Below, piece by piece: positions 13,661 through 25,504 of a stretch of DNA of 64,000 nucleotides. The position numbers were made by a program, and so were the translations under genes. Source of the DNA: Euprymna scolopes. Taxonomy: Eukaryota. The DNA lies in the NCBI GenBank assembly GCA_053919585.1, contig CM132822.1. One strand, 5' to 3'. Under the pieces are notes generated by a model. That model saw nothing but the letters and a program-made list of their open reading frames with translations, ran no database searches and had not been told where the DNA came from. Position 1 is the stretch's first letter; every line of letters starts with the position of its first letter.

Positions 13661-14782
13661 CTCCAGCTCCTCCTCATCCTCCTCCTCCTCTTCTTCTTCA
13701 ACAAGTGATTTCTAAATCATTCAATATTTGCTTGGCTTAAATGGTCCATACAAAATGGATCAAATACTCAATTTCGATTGGTTTAGTCAACCAGAAACAA
13801 TCTCTTTATGAGCCAAAGTTAATGAATCTTACTTAACAAATCATATGCGCACTTTCCACAGAAATGAGCCAACGAAAAAGTCAAGTTGCCTAATGAACAT
13901 TCATTATTCTACACACCAAATATACTCATTATTGGCATGAAAATGATACTAGTCTTTGGTTTGACGTTAAATTTGAACTCAACCTCAAATCAAAAGTCTC
14001 AAACTCAAATCCAACTGTTCTCTTCTCTCTGCACTTTCCACACTGACGCCCAAAATAAAGAAGACGGCTCTTTTATAGAGAGACCCAACCACATCTCATT
14101 TGCATACCCTCTCTCCCCTCTCGTCACATCACGTGATTTTCAGTCCATAAATACCAGGGGGCAGCCATTTTTATTTTCTCTTTTTTTTTTCTTTCCTAAC
14201 ACGAGCTGCACGATGCATGAGGTAAGGTTCTTTACTTTTAACCACAGGCAGGTGGACTTCACTTTCTAAAATGTTAAAACTATGTTTCACTTAAGGACGT
14301 TGGCAGCTTTCACATGGTTCCTCCCATAAGTACCTGATATCTTTCTAGAAAGAATTCCTAATAGAAAGATATCAGGGAAACGAATGCCAACAAAATCACC
14401 ATCATGGATGATGCTCAACAACAACAACAACAACAACAACAACAGCAGCAGCAGTACAAGGGAGAGAAAAGTCAGACCTAGAGGCGATATTCAACCAAAG
14501 AAAGCAAGTTACTCTTGGTGAGGGATAAACAAAGACCCGATCAGAGATAGGTTTGTTTAGAAATCAATTTCTAAAAGCTGTCCAACACATGCCAGCATGT
14601 AAAATAAACGTTAAACTGAACATGATGATAAAAGGAATAAAAGTAGTTAGATTAGGAAATGTAGACCAGTTGATGTAGCAGAGTCTGTTAGCAAGGCCAA
14701 GGAGAACATTGGAGGAAGTGATCAGAATGTACTTGAAAGAAGGATAAATAAAAACCTGGCCAGAGATAGGTTAATTTGATAA

Positions 14783-15422
14783 TCTAATATATAAAAGGCA
14801 AAATTGGCATGCACATTTGTGTATGACAACGAAAGGCTTTTTTAGTGGCGGGTTCTCGCATCGGTTAGATTCCAGGAGAAGTTTTTTGCATATTTCCTAG
14901 ATCGTAATATTTCAGATTTGCAAACGGATATTGTCTCTATATTTTTTTTGATCAAGTTTTAAAAATTTCCCGCCATCCTGTTGTGTCTTTTTCATATAAA
15001 TAAAGCAGCTAATCAAATGAAAGCATCTGGCACCTGGCCTTCCGACCGGGTAGTATCTGTTCTGTAATTGGGCCTTTGGTCAATGTAGGGGAAACCCTTC
15101 ATACTGAGACAATTACTATTCATTTGGATACTGCCAGAGTGGCCCCTTTTTTGGGGGGAGCTGCTTTTCCCTCACATTAAAAACGACCTTCATGGGAGGT
15201 TTAAAAGCAACACCATTTCTGTAAGTCATCTTTTTGATTGACTGTTTAATTTGAACGCTTTACGCTTCCGGTTGCATCATAGAGTAGGATAAGATGTCAG
15301 ATTTTCTTTCACTTTCTTTTCTGATTTTGCATCATGGGTTCGAGCCTGCCTGCCCACTACCACTTTTATTTTTTTTTTTTTACACATCCAAACACTCATG
15401 CAAAGCCGGGCACCCAGGCTAG
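14783..15422 (+). mobile_element. Non-autonomous Helitron-like element
   Basis: A|TCTAATATATAAAAGG 5' end, GC-rich subterminal gccgggcacccaggCTAG|T 3' end, inserted at an A-T site. Confidence 0.6.
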
Positions 15423-17066
15423 TCAATTTCTAAAAGCCATCCAATACATGCCAGCTTGTAAAATGGATGTTAAACTGATGATGATGATGACAACTTCCCA
15501 CTCCCATGTTCTTATCGAATGCCGAGTAAAACAGTTAGTAATCTAATTGTTTACCTAAGTACTTATATTGATTTCTTGGAGTGAAAGCAGCTCAGATCAT
15601 TCTAAGTAAGCCACGAATACGTATCCATAACAAATCGCCGATAGATTTACGATTGGTTGCCAAGCAAGGACAAACTACCTTCACAGCAAAAACAGATCAT
15701 GTAATTATAAACAGAGACAGACAGATTAGAAACGCCATAAAAATAACATAAAAATAACGTAAAAATAAACGTAATAATAACGCACATATAAAATCAATAA
15801 CACTAATAATAATAAAATTAAAAATAATAAGCCTTCATAAAATTGATCGATAACAAATGATCAATTTTGTGTATCATTTTTAATAGAAGTCCCATTCAGG
15901 TCAAAACTCGTTTACTATTCAATATGATTGCAAGGATATACTTGCAACTGGTAATTGCTTATGAATTTAATATTCCTTAGAAACTTCCTCCTTTGGAGGA
16001 AGCCAACTTGATCTGACTAGAGTGAATTCTGTACCAGACGACATATGCAAATTAACTGCTGTTAAAGCATCATAATTCCCACTTGGTCCAGGTGATTTGC
16101 TGAATAAAATAAAAGCACAGGCATTGAATACCATAGTTCATGTATGTTGCTTTATTTTAGTTCAGAAAAATAAAAGAATCAAAACATGAAATTTGTTTAG
16201 ATATGTGCAAGGTTGCCTAAAAGGTTACATTTTTATGGAGCAATTCTGGTTTCTGATTGGTTGATAGTAGAATGTGAATAATTTTGATTTGTCAGTTTCT
16301 AGCAGCAGCATTTATAAATAGAATCTCCCAACTGAGGGATCATACCCCATTATGAATCAAAAATATTGCAACACAATTAATACTCGATCATGGAATGAGA
16401 ACAAGCTACCCATGTGAATTAAATAAATAGTTCTATTCAAAATGCTTCATAGATTCTCAAGTTTGATAAAAAGATTCATGATTTTGTCAAAATGGAACTA
16501 AAGAACTTTAGAGGTTTCACCGTCCGAAACGTTGTGCATTCAAGACGAGAACAGTAGTTTAAATAAATAATCCAAATTATCAATCCTCATCTTAGAAATT
16601 CTCAAACAGACTTTCAGCATCACTGATGAAGTTAATATCAGATCATCTCATATGCTCTGTCGGAATTTTAATTCTCTGAAATTTAAAAGTGAAACTAAAT
16701 ACTATCTTATATTTGCATTGGGACACGTTTAAATTTATTAAGATTTTATTTTCAAGGAAAAATGATAATAAAAGAATATTGTTAAAAGCTGTTAAAACAT
16801 AATAGTTTTCAAGAGAATTGAATGCAGACGATACTTTTGAGTTTACAAAGTAAATCTGTAGCTGAAAATGAAATGCTACCCATGGCATTGCTAATAAAAT
16901 TCACAATCCTTTCTGCAACTCATTTATATTTAGTATACAGGAGCTCCAGTCTATATTTGATTTGTCCACCAAGTTTTAGCTATGATGTCCAACAGTCTTT
17001 GCTTAAGCAACAGTCAATAATAAACACAATTGCCAATAACTCTCACAAACTCCTCACTTCAAAATA

Positions 17067-17984
17067 TGAGGTGCCTTAAATAAGTTTCCAGACATTTTTC
17101 TTATAGGCACTTTTATTGATAGCACAGACATGGAACTCTAATCATATTCGAAGTAATCTCCTCCGGCTGCAATGCACTTATTGTACCATTCCAACAACTT
17201 CTGAAAGGCGTCATGGAAATTCTCTTGTTTGAGTTTGTCACTGGCTTTCATCACAGCCTCTTTCATCTCCTCAATTGTCTCATAATGACAGTCTCTAAGG
17301 TTTTCCTTGAGCTTAGGGAATAACGAAAAGTCACAGGGAGTAAGGTCTGGACAATACGGAGGGTGAGGAACTGTCTTGATGCCCATCTTGGTCAAATGGA
17401 GCATCCTTGGGACAAACTTTGTGCAAATCTTTCGCATTTTCAGTTCCTCGCAAATAATTGTGCGTACAGTTTCCACATTGGCATTAAAACTGTGCACTTA
17501 TTGTTTATAGACACATGATGATCCTTATTTATGAAATTCTTTAATTAGCCAATCAACTTTGACGTTTTGGTTTTCTTACTTCTCGCACACCTCTCATAAT
17601 CCCTCACAGACTCCCGACCTTCCTTGAATCTCTTATGCCACTCAAAAACAGTGCTTGATTCATGCAAGATGATTCAAAAGCAGTCTGAAGCATTCCATGT
17701 TTCTGTGGCATTTTTCCAAGTTTAAAACAAAATTTTATTGCATATCGTTTTTCTAAAGTGTCCTCACATTCAGATTGCATTTTTGAAATTGACCAACTAT
17801 GACAATCAGGCTTTAGTAGGGTGTATTCCAATTCCAGCTGTAGCTGTTCATTTGAGCCTGAAATCATAAACATTGGTCAGTCATCTCATAAGATGTATAG
17901 AAATGACATACTGAATTTTCAAGAGTCTACAACAATTTTAAATACCTGTAAAAAAATGTCTGGAAACATATTGAAAGCACCTGG
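17067..17984 (-). mobile_element. Internally deleted mariner (Tc1/mariner) transposon
   Basis: TA-flanked TIRs gaggtgccttaaataagtttccagacatttt / aaaatgtctggaaacatattgaaagcacctgg. Fragments RYAIKFCFKLGK, KFVPRML and HPPYCPDLTPCDF. Confidence 0.93.
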
Positions 17985-18334
17985 TAGACTGTTAAAATGC
18001 CATCCACAGCGTATTAATAATAAGATTCATAAACCTCTCTGCAATCCAACCATGTTTCATATAAATAAATTACCAGAAGGGAAAAATTCACTGTCGAAAG
18101 TCATTTAACCTTGAAAATTCCCAAGGAGCGTTCGAAGCACATAGGTTTAAAAAAAAAAAGTAAATATGGAGCCAAGGTGATTTGAAATATTCGGTCAGCT
18201 TATGGAGTAAAGAAGATGTAGAATATGGTTTGCAAAATTCAGAAACAGTAATGTTGCCATTTGTAAACCTCCTGTGCATTTTATAACTTAATAAAATTTG
18301 ATAAAGTTAAATGTGCCTGAATTTAGAGATAATT

Positions 18335-18353
18335 TCTATATTATAAAAGGAAC

Positions 18354-18391
<38 letters not shown>

Positions 18392-18986
18392 CCCTATGGA
18401 CTCAAAAACGACTGGGCTGACTTTTATGAAATTTCACAATGTGCCTGGTAGTGTTCTTAGATAGGTTTTGCATTGGAATATCTTCCATAAGTATCAATGC
18501 TCGATAATCAAAAAAATTTAATGAAAGAAGGAACACATGATTTGGAGCAAAGTTTACAGCTTACATAGCCTAAAATCACAAGTGCATTTGAGAAGTTTTA
18601 TAATTACACAAGCAGAAAGGCCTGACATATAAAATCAACAGTAGATTCTTTGATATGGCAGGGATTTCCCTGCTAGTATGTAAATATTATTTCATTTCAT
18701 TAGATATCTCCACTTACTACCCAAATACCACACAAGTTTCTGTTTTTAGCACAATTGAACCATAATACTTGATATTTGCATTTTAAATTTTAATTCAAGC
18801 CATTATATAAAATAATTTTATAAAATCAACAGTAGCTTCTCTACAATACAATGTAGATTACAATGTATTGTGGAATGAGTCACTGTGGGGAGGATTTAAA
18901 AATGGGCTAGTTCACCGATTTCGATGACAATAAAACATTTGTTTGATCCTCATTTAACTTTGAGCAATGTCGGGTCTCCCTACTAG
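18335..18986 (+). mobile_element. Helitron-like (Lep1-type) non-autonomous element with internal (GT)n and two tandem 3' ends
   Basis: TCTATATTATAAAAGG start, then (GT)n. Hairpin gcagggatttccctgc + CTAG|T at 18658-18677. Second ...cgggtctcccctaCTAG|T at 18983-18986. Confidence 0.65.
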
Positions 18987-19118
18987 TACCAAATATGATT
19001 GGTTTGCAGAAAGGATTGTGGATTTTATTAATGATTTTATATACATCTACTGATGAGATGTTCATCAAAGTGTCTCCCCCACCCATATCATTAAATGGTA
19101 AGAAACTAAAGACTTGTT

Positions 19119-19216
19119 GGAAATTTATGACTGAAACTTGATGGAAATTTATGAATGAAACTTGATGGAAATTTATGACTGAAACTTGATGGAAATTTAT
19201 GACTGAAACTTGATGG
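19119..19216. repeat. 24-bp tandem repeat (GGAAATTTATGACTGAAACTTGAT) x4
   Basis: Directly visible. Confidence 0.9.
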
Positions 19217-19563
19217 GCAAGTCAGACATAGACTGAAGTTTATTTGTACCAAATATGACTGGATACCAGAAAAGATTGTGAATTCTATTAATAATTTCTT
19301 TTACAATTTACTGATGAGACGATCATCAAAGTGCTCCCCTTACTCATATCACTAAGTTCTGATAAAACAAAGGTGATGAACAAGCATGACTGAAGTTTAT
19401 TTGTATTAAATATGATTGGCTTGCAGAAACGATTGTGAATTTTATTAATGATTTCATTGACGATTCCATTTTTTGGTGGAGGGATCAGAGACGTAACATT
19501 TGTACAAAATTTATGGAATGACCTGATATCTTGAGAAATGGTTAGTAACAAAGAAAAACTTAC

Positions 19564-20712
19564 TTGTATCGTTTGAGTAATTTGTTAGAGCTGAATGCAA
19601 AGTATTTAAGCTTGGACAAAAGAGCCGACGTATGACACATTGTGGCCAGTTACTAGGGTACAGGGTGTAAGGAGGAATCTTACCATGGCTGACTGATACA
19701 TATCTGTCGTACAATTGTTCCATTTGATAGGCATGCACCAGCTGCCTCGCCTCGCCTTTCACTTCGACATCTCTCGTCAGTAATTGGTAAAGTTCTCTGT
19801 AATTCTGATCGAGCCTTTCGTCAGCACTCACAGGTGGTGTCCACCCATTTCGTTTCTTTTTCCGACTTTCCTTTATAGAAGAAAGTTGTGATGAAGAAGT
19901 TTCCAAATTTGATGATGTTTCTTGACAAGGAATTCTCATTGATGGGTTTTTTCGACTGTGCCCCGAAGACGACTCTTTGCTTGTTCGAACACTCTCGTTT
20001 GCATTAACGCTTGAAAGACTGTTTGTTTTATGCATTGATACAGAAGCAATATTTTCATCACTTCCACCAAGATTAATATGTTCTTGACGCATAATTTTCT
20101 TCTGTCCAGGTGAAGAATCTTTGTCAACTGTTAGGATGTCTGGTGTTAATATCATGTTGCTGCTTCCTTCAGTGCTCGCTGTTTTCTTAGACTTGCAGAT
20201 GCCATCAAAGCTGACAGACTTTGCGTTTTTATTACTCGACTCAAGACTTTTGGATTCTTCTTTTCGACGTTCAGCAATTCCTTCAGGCTCTTCAAGATTA
20301 AGAGACTTTTCAGCACTTTCTTTTATGGTGACATCAGAAGAACTCTGTGGTAATTCTGAAGATGAGCTGTCGATATCTTCTGTTCCATCTGATGTGTCTG
20401 TAGATTCATAACTGCTTTCATCATCATCAGAATCTTCATCTCTTGTCTCATCCTTATCCTTTCTCTCCTCCTCCTCCTCCTCCTCCTCATCGGAGTAACT
20501 CTTTTCATCCTCTTTTACTAATGAAGACGGGTATGATGAAGTTTCATCATTGTTTTCTTTATGGCTTTGATTCTCCACTTCCTCAGGGGTGACGCTTACT
20601 TCTATGCCAAATTCCTGATCATCTGCCAATTTTTTTAGAAGACTTAGTTGACCAACCGACATTATTTTTTTAATGGTTCTCCAGTATTTGGTAAAGCCTG
20701 TTGCAGAAAGTT
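19564..20712 (-). CDS. Large internal coding exon (acidic/Ser-rich N-part, globular-looking C-part) of the same uncharacterised gene
   Basis: 405-codon open frame. Acceptor ttttttctttcAG at 20713-20714 and donor AA|GTAAGT at 19563, both phase 1, matching the phase-1 acceptor at 10037. Confidence 0.8.
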
Positions 20713-21617
20713 CTGAAAGAAAAAACAAACCAGAATTTATTGAATGAAAAGAAATTACATTATTTTGATATTTTCATTAGATTTCTTTTTAAATCAGATT
20801 TTTCATTCAACTTTCTAATTCAATCACATCTTTTTCATATTATAAACTCGTTAATAAGCATCGGCTTAAATTTATTGACGTTCAATACATCCGCCCGTCA
20901 AAAAAACTTTTTTTAAACCCAAAGTAGACACTGACAGTGCAACTCAAACATTATTATTCACTGGCCCCATAAAACCCTCATTTTCTTTCATTCTCTCCTA
21001 GTCCTTTTACCAAATTACAACTAAGTATAGAGTTCAACTAAATATCAACTGACTAGGCAATTTTTAAATGGATGAAAAAAAAATCTATAAACATATATAC
21101 TGCATCAACATATAATTTTTTAAAAAATAAATGATTTTACTTTTAATTTATTCATACCAATAATATTGTGGGGTATGTGTTTACACTTGATATTTGTAAA
21201 AAGGAAATACATTTTACTTTTAATTTATTTATAACAATAATATTGTGGTATCAACACTGTTTGTTGCTTTGTTTGGTTGGTAGCGATTATCATCCTCCTT
21301 GCAAACCTGTCGTTCAGTAGAGAAACAAAGTGTCACTGTAAGTTCACAAAATAAAATATTTCCACTTGTTTTAAAACTCCAGGTTGTAATTTTATTTGAA
21401 AAAGAAAACTCTTTGTAGCAACAGTGACCAAGACCACATTTTAATACTATGGTCATTTATCTTAATATTTTTATTATATTTTTTTCTTTAAACAAATTTT
21501 TCATTCAACTTTTTAACTCGATCAAATAGTTTTTCATCTTTCAGTCGCATTACTGGTATTGAAGTTGTCTTAGAATTTTATTTATTAAAATTTGCTAATA
21601 ATTTAATTACTATTATT

Positions 21618-21662
<45 letters not shown>

Positions 21663-21665
<3 letters not shown>

Positions 21666-23315
21666 TTGTGCGCAAAAATATTCGACCCCTGTCTAAATTT
21701 TCTTGTTTTGTTGAATCTACACTTCAAAAATCTTTATAACGCCTTTTAACGACTAATTATGAATAAATTGTATATTTTTCAACAATAAATGAGGAAAAGT
21801 AATTCGAGATTAATAATATATATATCAATTTATTTACAAAAAATATAAATATGGATGTTGCAAAAATATTCAACCCCTTTAATTTAAAGTTTAAATAAAA
21901 GCGTCATTAAGTTTATTATTTTAGTCTGACCTTGTATTTATTTCCTATAAATAATATTTATGACTCTACTGCATCTAAAATCAGTTCAAATTGAACTTTA
22001 ATGCCATATTGAATGATTGAATAATTGTTTCAAGTAAAAAACAATTATTTTTCAACGTCAACAAATCTGCAACTATGACAAAGAACAAAGAGTACTCTGA
22101 AGACATTAAAAAGAAAGTAATCGATGCCTACCAGTCTGGAGAAGGTTATAAAAAAATTTCCAAACGTTTTTCTATACCACGGTCGACTATTATGTCCATT
22201 ATCAAAAAATGGAAAGTAAAAGGGATTGTATCAAGTCTTCCAAGATCAGGTCGTCCAAGAAAAATTACGACACGTGGGGCTAAGAAAATTGTTAGACACG
22301 TTTCAATAGACTCTAAATCTAACCTAAAGGACGTGCAGAACGATTTGAAGAATGCTGGCTCAGATGTACACTTGTCAACTATTCGTAGGGCATTAAATCG
22401 TGCCGGATTGCACGGACGTATTGCCAGAAGGAAGCCCTTACTTTCCAAAGCTCATCAAAAGGCTCGATTAAATTTTGCAAAAAAGTTCCTAGAAATGCCT
22501 ATTGATTACTGGAATAATAGAATTTGGTCAGACGAAACGAAAGTGGAACTATTTGGACGCAACCAGCAACGCTATGTTTGGCGAAAAGAAAATACTGCTT
22601 ATAATGTGAAGAATACCGTTCCAACCATTAAGCATGGAGGTGGATCAATCATGGTGTGGGGCTATTTCAGTATAAATGGAACTGGAAAATTAACCATAAT
22701 CGATGGAAGAATGGATTCAGTAAAATATCAGTCCATACTGAAAGAAAATCTTGTTCCGTCTGCGAACCAGTTGGGGCATGGAAGGAGGTATACCTTTCAA
22801 CAGGACAACGATCATAAACACACTTCAAAGAGCACTAAGGCATGGTTAAAGAATAATAAGGTGAAAGTTCTAGAATGGCCTTCCCAGTCTCCAGACCTAA
22901 ATCCGATTGAGCACTTATGGCATGATTTAAAAATTGCGGTACATAAAAGAAAGCCATCTAATTTGATTGAATTAAAACAGTACTGTCAAGAAGAGTGGCT
23001 TAAAATTCCAGTGGATAGATGTAGAAGTCTCGTTAGATGTTATAGGAAACGTTTACTTGCAGTAATCCAGGTCAAAGGAGCTTCAACCAAGTATTAATGA
23101 AAAGGGGTCGAATACTTTTGCAACATCCATATTTTTATTTTTGTAAATAAATTTATTTATATTATCAAGCCCTAATTACTTTTTATTATTTTTTGTTGAA
23201 AACTATACAGTTTATTCGAACTTAGTCGTTAAAGAAGGTTTTAAAAATTATTGAAGTATCCATTCAAAGAAATAAGACAATTTTGGTAGGGGTTGAATAC
23301 TTTTGCGCACAACTA
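21663..23315 (+). mobile_element. Full-length IR/DR-type Tc1 transposon inserted in (TA)n
   Basis: ~215-bp inverted repeats (21663-21880 and 23101-23315), each with outer and inner direct repeats (gcaaaaatattc(g/a)acccct). TA flanks. Confidence 0.97.
22075..23097 (+). CDS. Intact Tc1-family DD34E transposase, 340 aa
   Basis: Paired-like HTH, GRPRK, WSDETK, QQDND, SPDLNPIE. 34 residues between the second D and the E. Confidence 0.97.
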   Translation: MTKNKEYSEDIKKKVIDAYQSGEGYKKISKRFSIPRSTIMSIIKKWKVKGIVSSLPRSGRPRKITTRGAKKIVRHVSIDSKSNLKDVQNDLKNAGSDVHLSTIRRALNRAGLHGRIARRKPLLSKAHQKARLNFAKKFLEMPIDYWNNRIWSDETKVELFGRNQQRYVWRKENTAYNVKNTVPTIKHGGGSIMVWGYFSINGTGKLTIIDGRMDSVKYQSILKENLVPSANQLGHGRRYTFQQDNDHKHTSKSTKAWLKNNKVKVLEWPSQSPDLNPIEHLWHDLKIAVHKRKPSNLIELKQYCQEEWLKIPVDRCRSLVRCYRKRLLAVIQVKGASTKY

Positions 23316-23326
23316 TATATATATAT

Positions 23327-23552
23327 CCATAGCCTTGAGCCCCTGTAGGAGCATAGGCTATCTACAACTTTGTAGATGCTTTTGTAACGAGGAGTTCTTT
23401 TTACAGGGTGAGGGTGCTGGCCCCACGCCTAACCTTCCCAGAAGGTACATACAGCGCCTAGCCTTCCCAAATGGTCACCCATCTGGCACTGGCCAGGCTC
23501 AATGTTACTTAACTTTGGTGATCTGGCGAGAACCGGTGTGTCAACATGATTG

Positions 23553-23558
<6 letters not shown>
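23327..23558 (-). mobile_element. 5S rRNA-derived SINE (SINE3-type) with RTE-like 3' tail
   Basis: Minus strand 23448-23556 aligns with animal 5S rRNA (caccggttctcg..gatcacc.aagttaag..ac...gatgggtgacc...tgggaa...gctgta). Tail gcctatgctcctacagggg. Flanked by (TA)n. Confidence 0.85.
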
Positions 23559-23642
<84 letters not shown>

Positions 23643-25504
23643 TGCGTCAGGAGTCAACTGCTTTTTTGAGCATAAAAATAATTGGAACATTTTTCCAGCG
23701 AACTTAGCAATAGATTGAATGTCGGCCTGGTGAAAAACTGAAAGGCTTAAAAAACAGGAGCATATGTCATCTATAAGTTTTTTTTTTGGGGGGGGGTTGA
23801 GCCTCCACACATCAATATGTCTCCACCAGGGTAACGTTCTTTTGTTAGAGAATTCGCTTTGCATTTTTTTAAAGCATTTTTCACTTGCAGACAAAGCATG
23901 AAGCCACTTGATGTAAGGAGCTAACAAGCATGAAAGATGATTATCATAAAGACAGGAGATGGCTATTGAAAAACGTGAAGGCTATAGGTAGGAGGAAAAC
24001 AATCAACAAGAAAAGAATTCTTGGAAAGAACTTACTGGAATAGGAACCTGTATGACAATAACTGTTGCAATATTTTTGATATAATAAACGGGTATGATTA
24101 AAAAACATTGGAAGGTTCTATTTATAGACACTGGCAGTAGGAACTGACCAATTACATGGAGCCATGTTCTGCTAGCAACCAACCAGAAACTGGAATCGCT
24201 TCATAAAAAAAAATTGTATCTGTTAGAATTCCTGAACATAATTTTTTATGTTCACATGAAATAGATCTTTGCCTTTTTTTTTTGCAAAACTTTAAAATAA
24301 AAGTCCAAGACTTATACAGATCAGCTACCCACAGAAAACTCTATTTTTCATCTCCAGGACTTGTACAGATTAGTTATCAGACATTAAACATGGCTTTCAA
24401 TTAAAAAATGATGCATCAAAACAGCGAATTAATGGAGACTACTAGGCCTACAAGTCAAACGAGCTGAAACAAAGGAAGCGGGGAAGTAAATCTTGCCAAG
24501 TTTTGTTATTTAATTTTAAAAATAAATAAATCAACACTGAGAATGTTAAAAAATAGCATTTTAGTCACTACTAACAGGATGCATTAATAATAATAGAGGT
24601 CAGATTTAACCTTAATCCTTTTAATTGAGATTAGAATGATTGTACCATGATTTGCTGAGGTCATGTTACATAAGATAAAATAGGAAACATTTACTTGTTC
24701 TTGTGTTTTTATCATACAAAATTAAATGCTTTTTATTTCGGTTGTATTGTTGAATGCTACTTTCAAGAAACGTTTCATCGTCTATTCAGAAAACTATTAG
24801 AGAAGATCTTGTAATGTTATGCAATCTATCCCAGGTTACACCGGCATGTTGTGATTTTGCTGTGAAGGTTGGTTAGCGCAACAAAAATTCTCGGATTAAC
24901 TTGCTGACGTATGTGAAACTCAGTAGCTTGGGGCGACGATAGCACCTGGAATAGGTCAATCGGGTACATGTGAGAGAGAAAAAGCGGAAAGAAAGAAAGG
25001 AAGATATCTTTTCTCTTGCATAAAAGTCAGTTGGTTTTCTGAGTTTTAACGGAACGGTTGAGATTTCATTAAGATGCGTAGAAGAAAGAGGCGTAAAGAC
25101 AAGTCAGCCGACAAAAGAAAAACGCAGAACTGCCGAGACCCAGAAAGAATAAAACCAAAGATTTAATTTAAACCAGTCATTTGTTCATTTACTCATCATT
25201 TCAGGCACAAAGAGTTGACGCAGAAAGAAAGTCACGAACTGAGGTATATCAAATGAATTGTTTGTTATACACACATGAACGCAGGTATTAAATTAGACAA
25301 TAAGGGATTATGACTATGCCAAATACAGATACATACATAGACAGACGATCATGGCTGTACACACGCCTATACATAGATACAGACAAAAAGACACACGTAC
25401 CCACATGTGTATCACATGTATATATACATATCATGCACTCGTTACTCATATAAAAGACATGTAATGAACAACAGACAATATCCTCTCCCTCCTTTACACA
25501 ACAG

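Noticed and set aside
15830-16101. Extra exon of the minus-strand gene (good acceptor, KSPGPSG...)
   Set aside because: In-frame stop, and motifs (KSPGP.G, INFMKAY) typical of a decayed LINE RT.
19047-19345. CTGATGA-GATG-tt-CATC-AAAG motifs as hammerheads
   Set aside because: No GAAA core or stem I/III. Part of a local ~200-bp repeat.
23448-23556. Functional 5S rRNA genes (also 55778-55888)
   Set aside because: Many substitutions, no oligo-T terminator after the 5S part, and not in tandem arrays.
24811-25270. Solo LTR (TG...CA, AATAAA)
   Set aside because: No target-site duplication and no second copy in the window.
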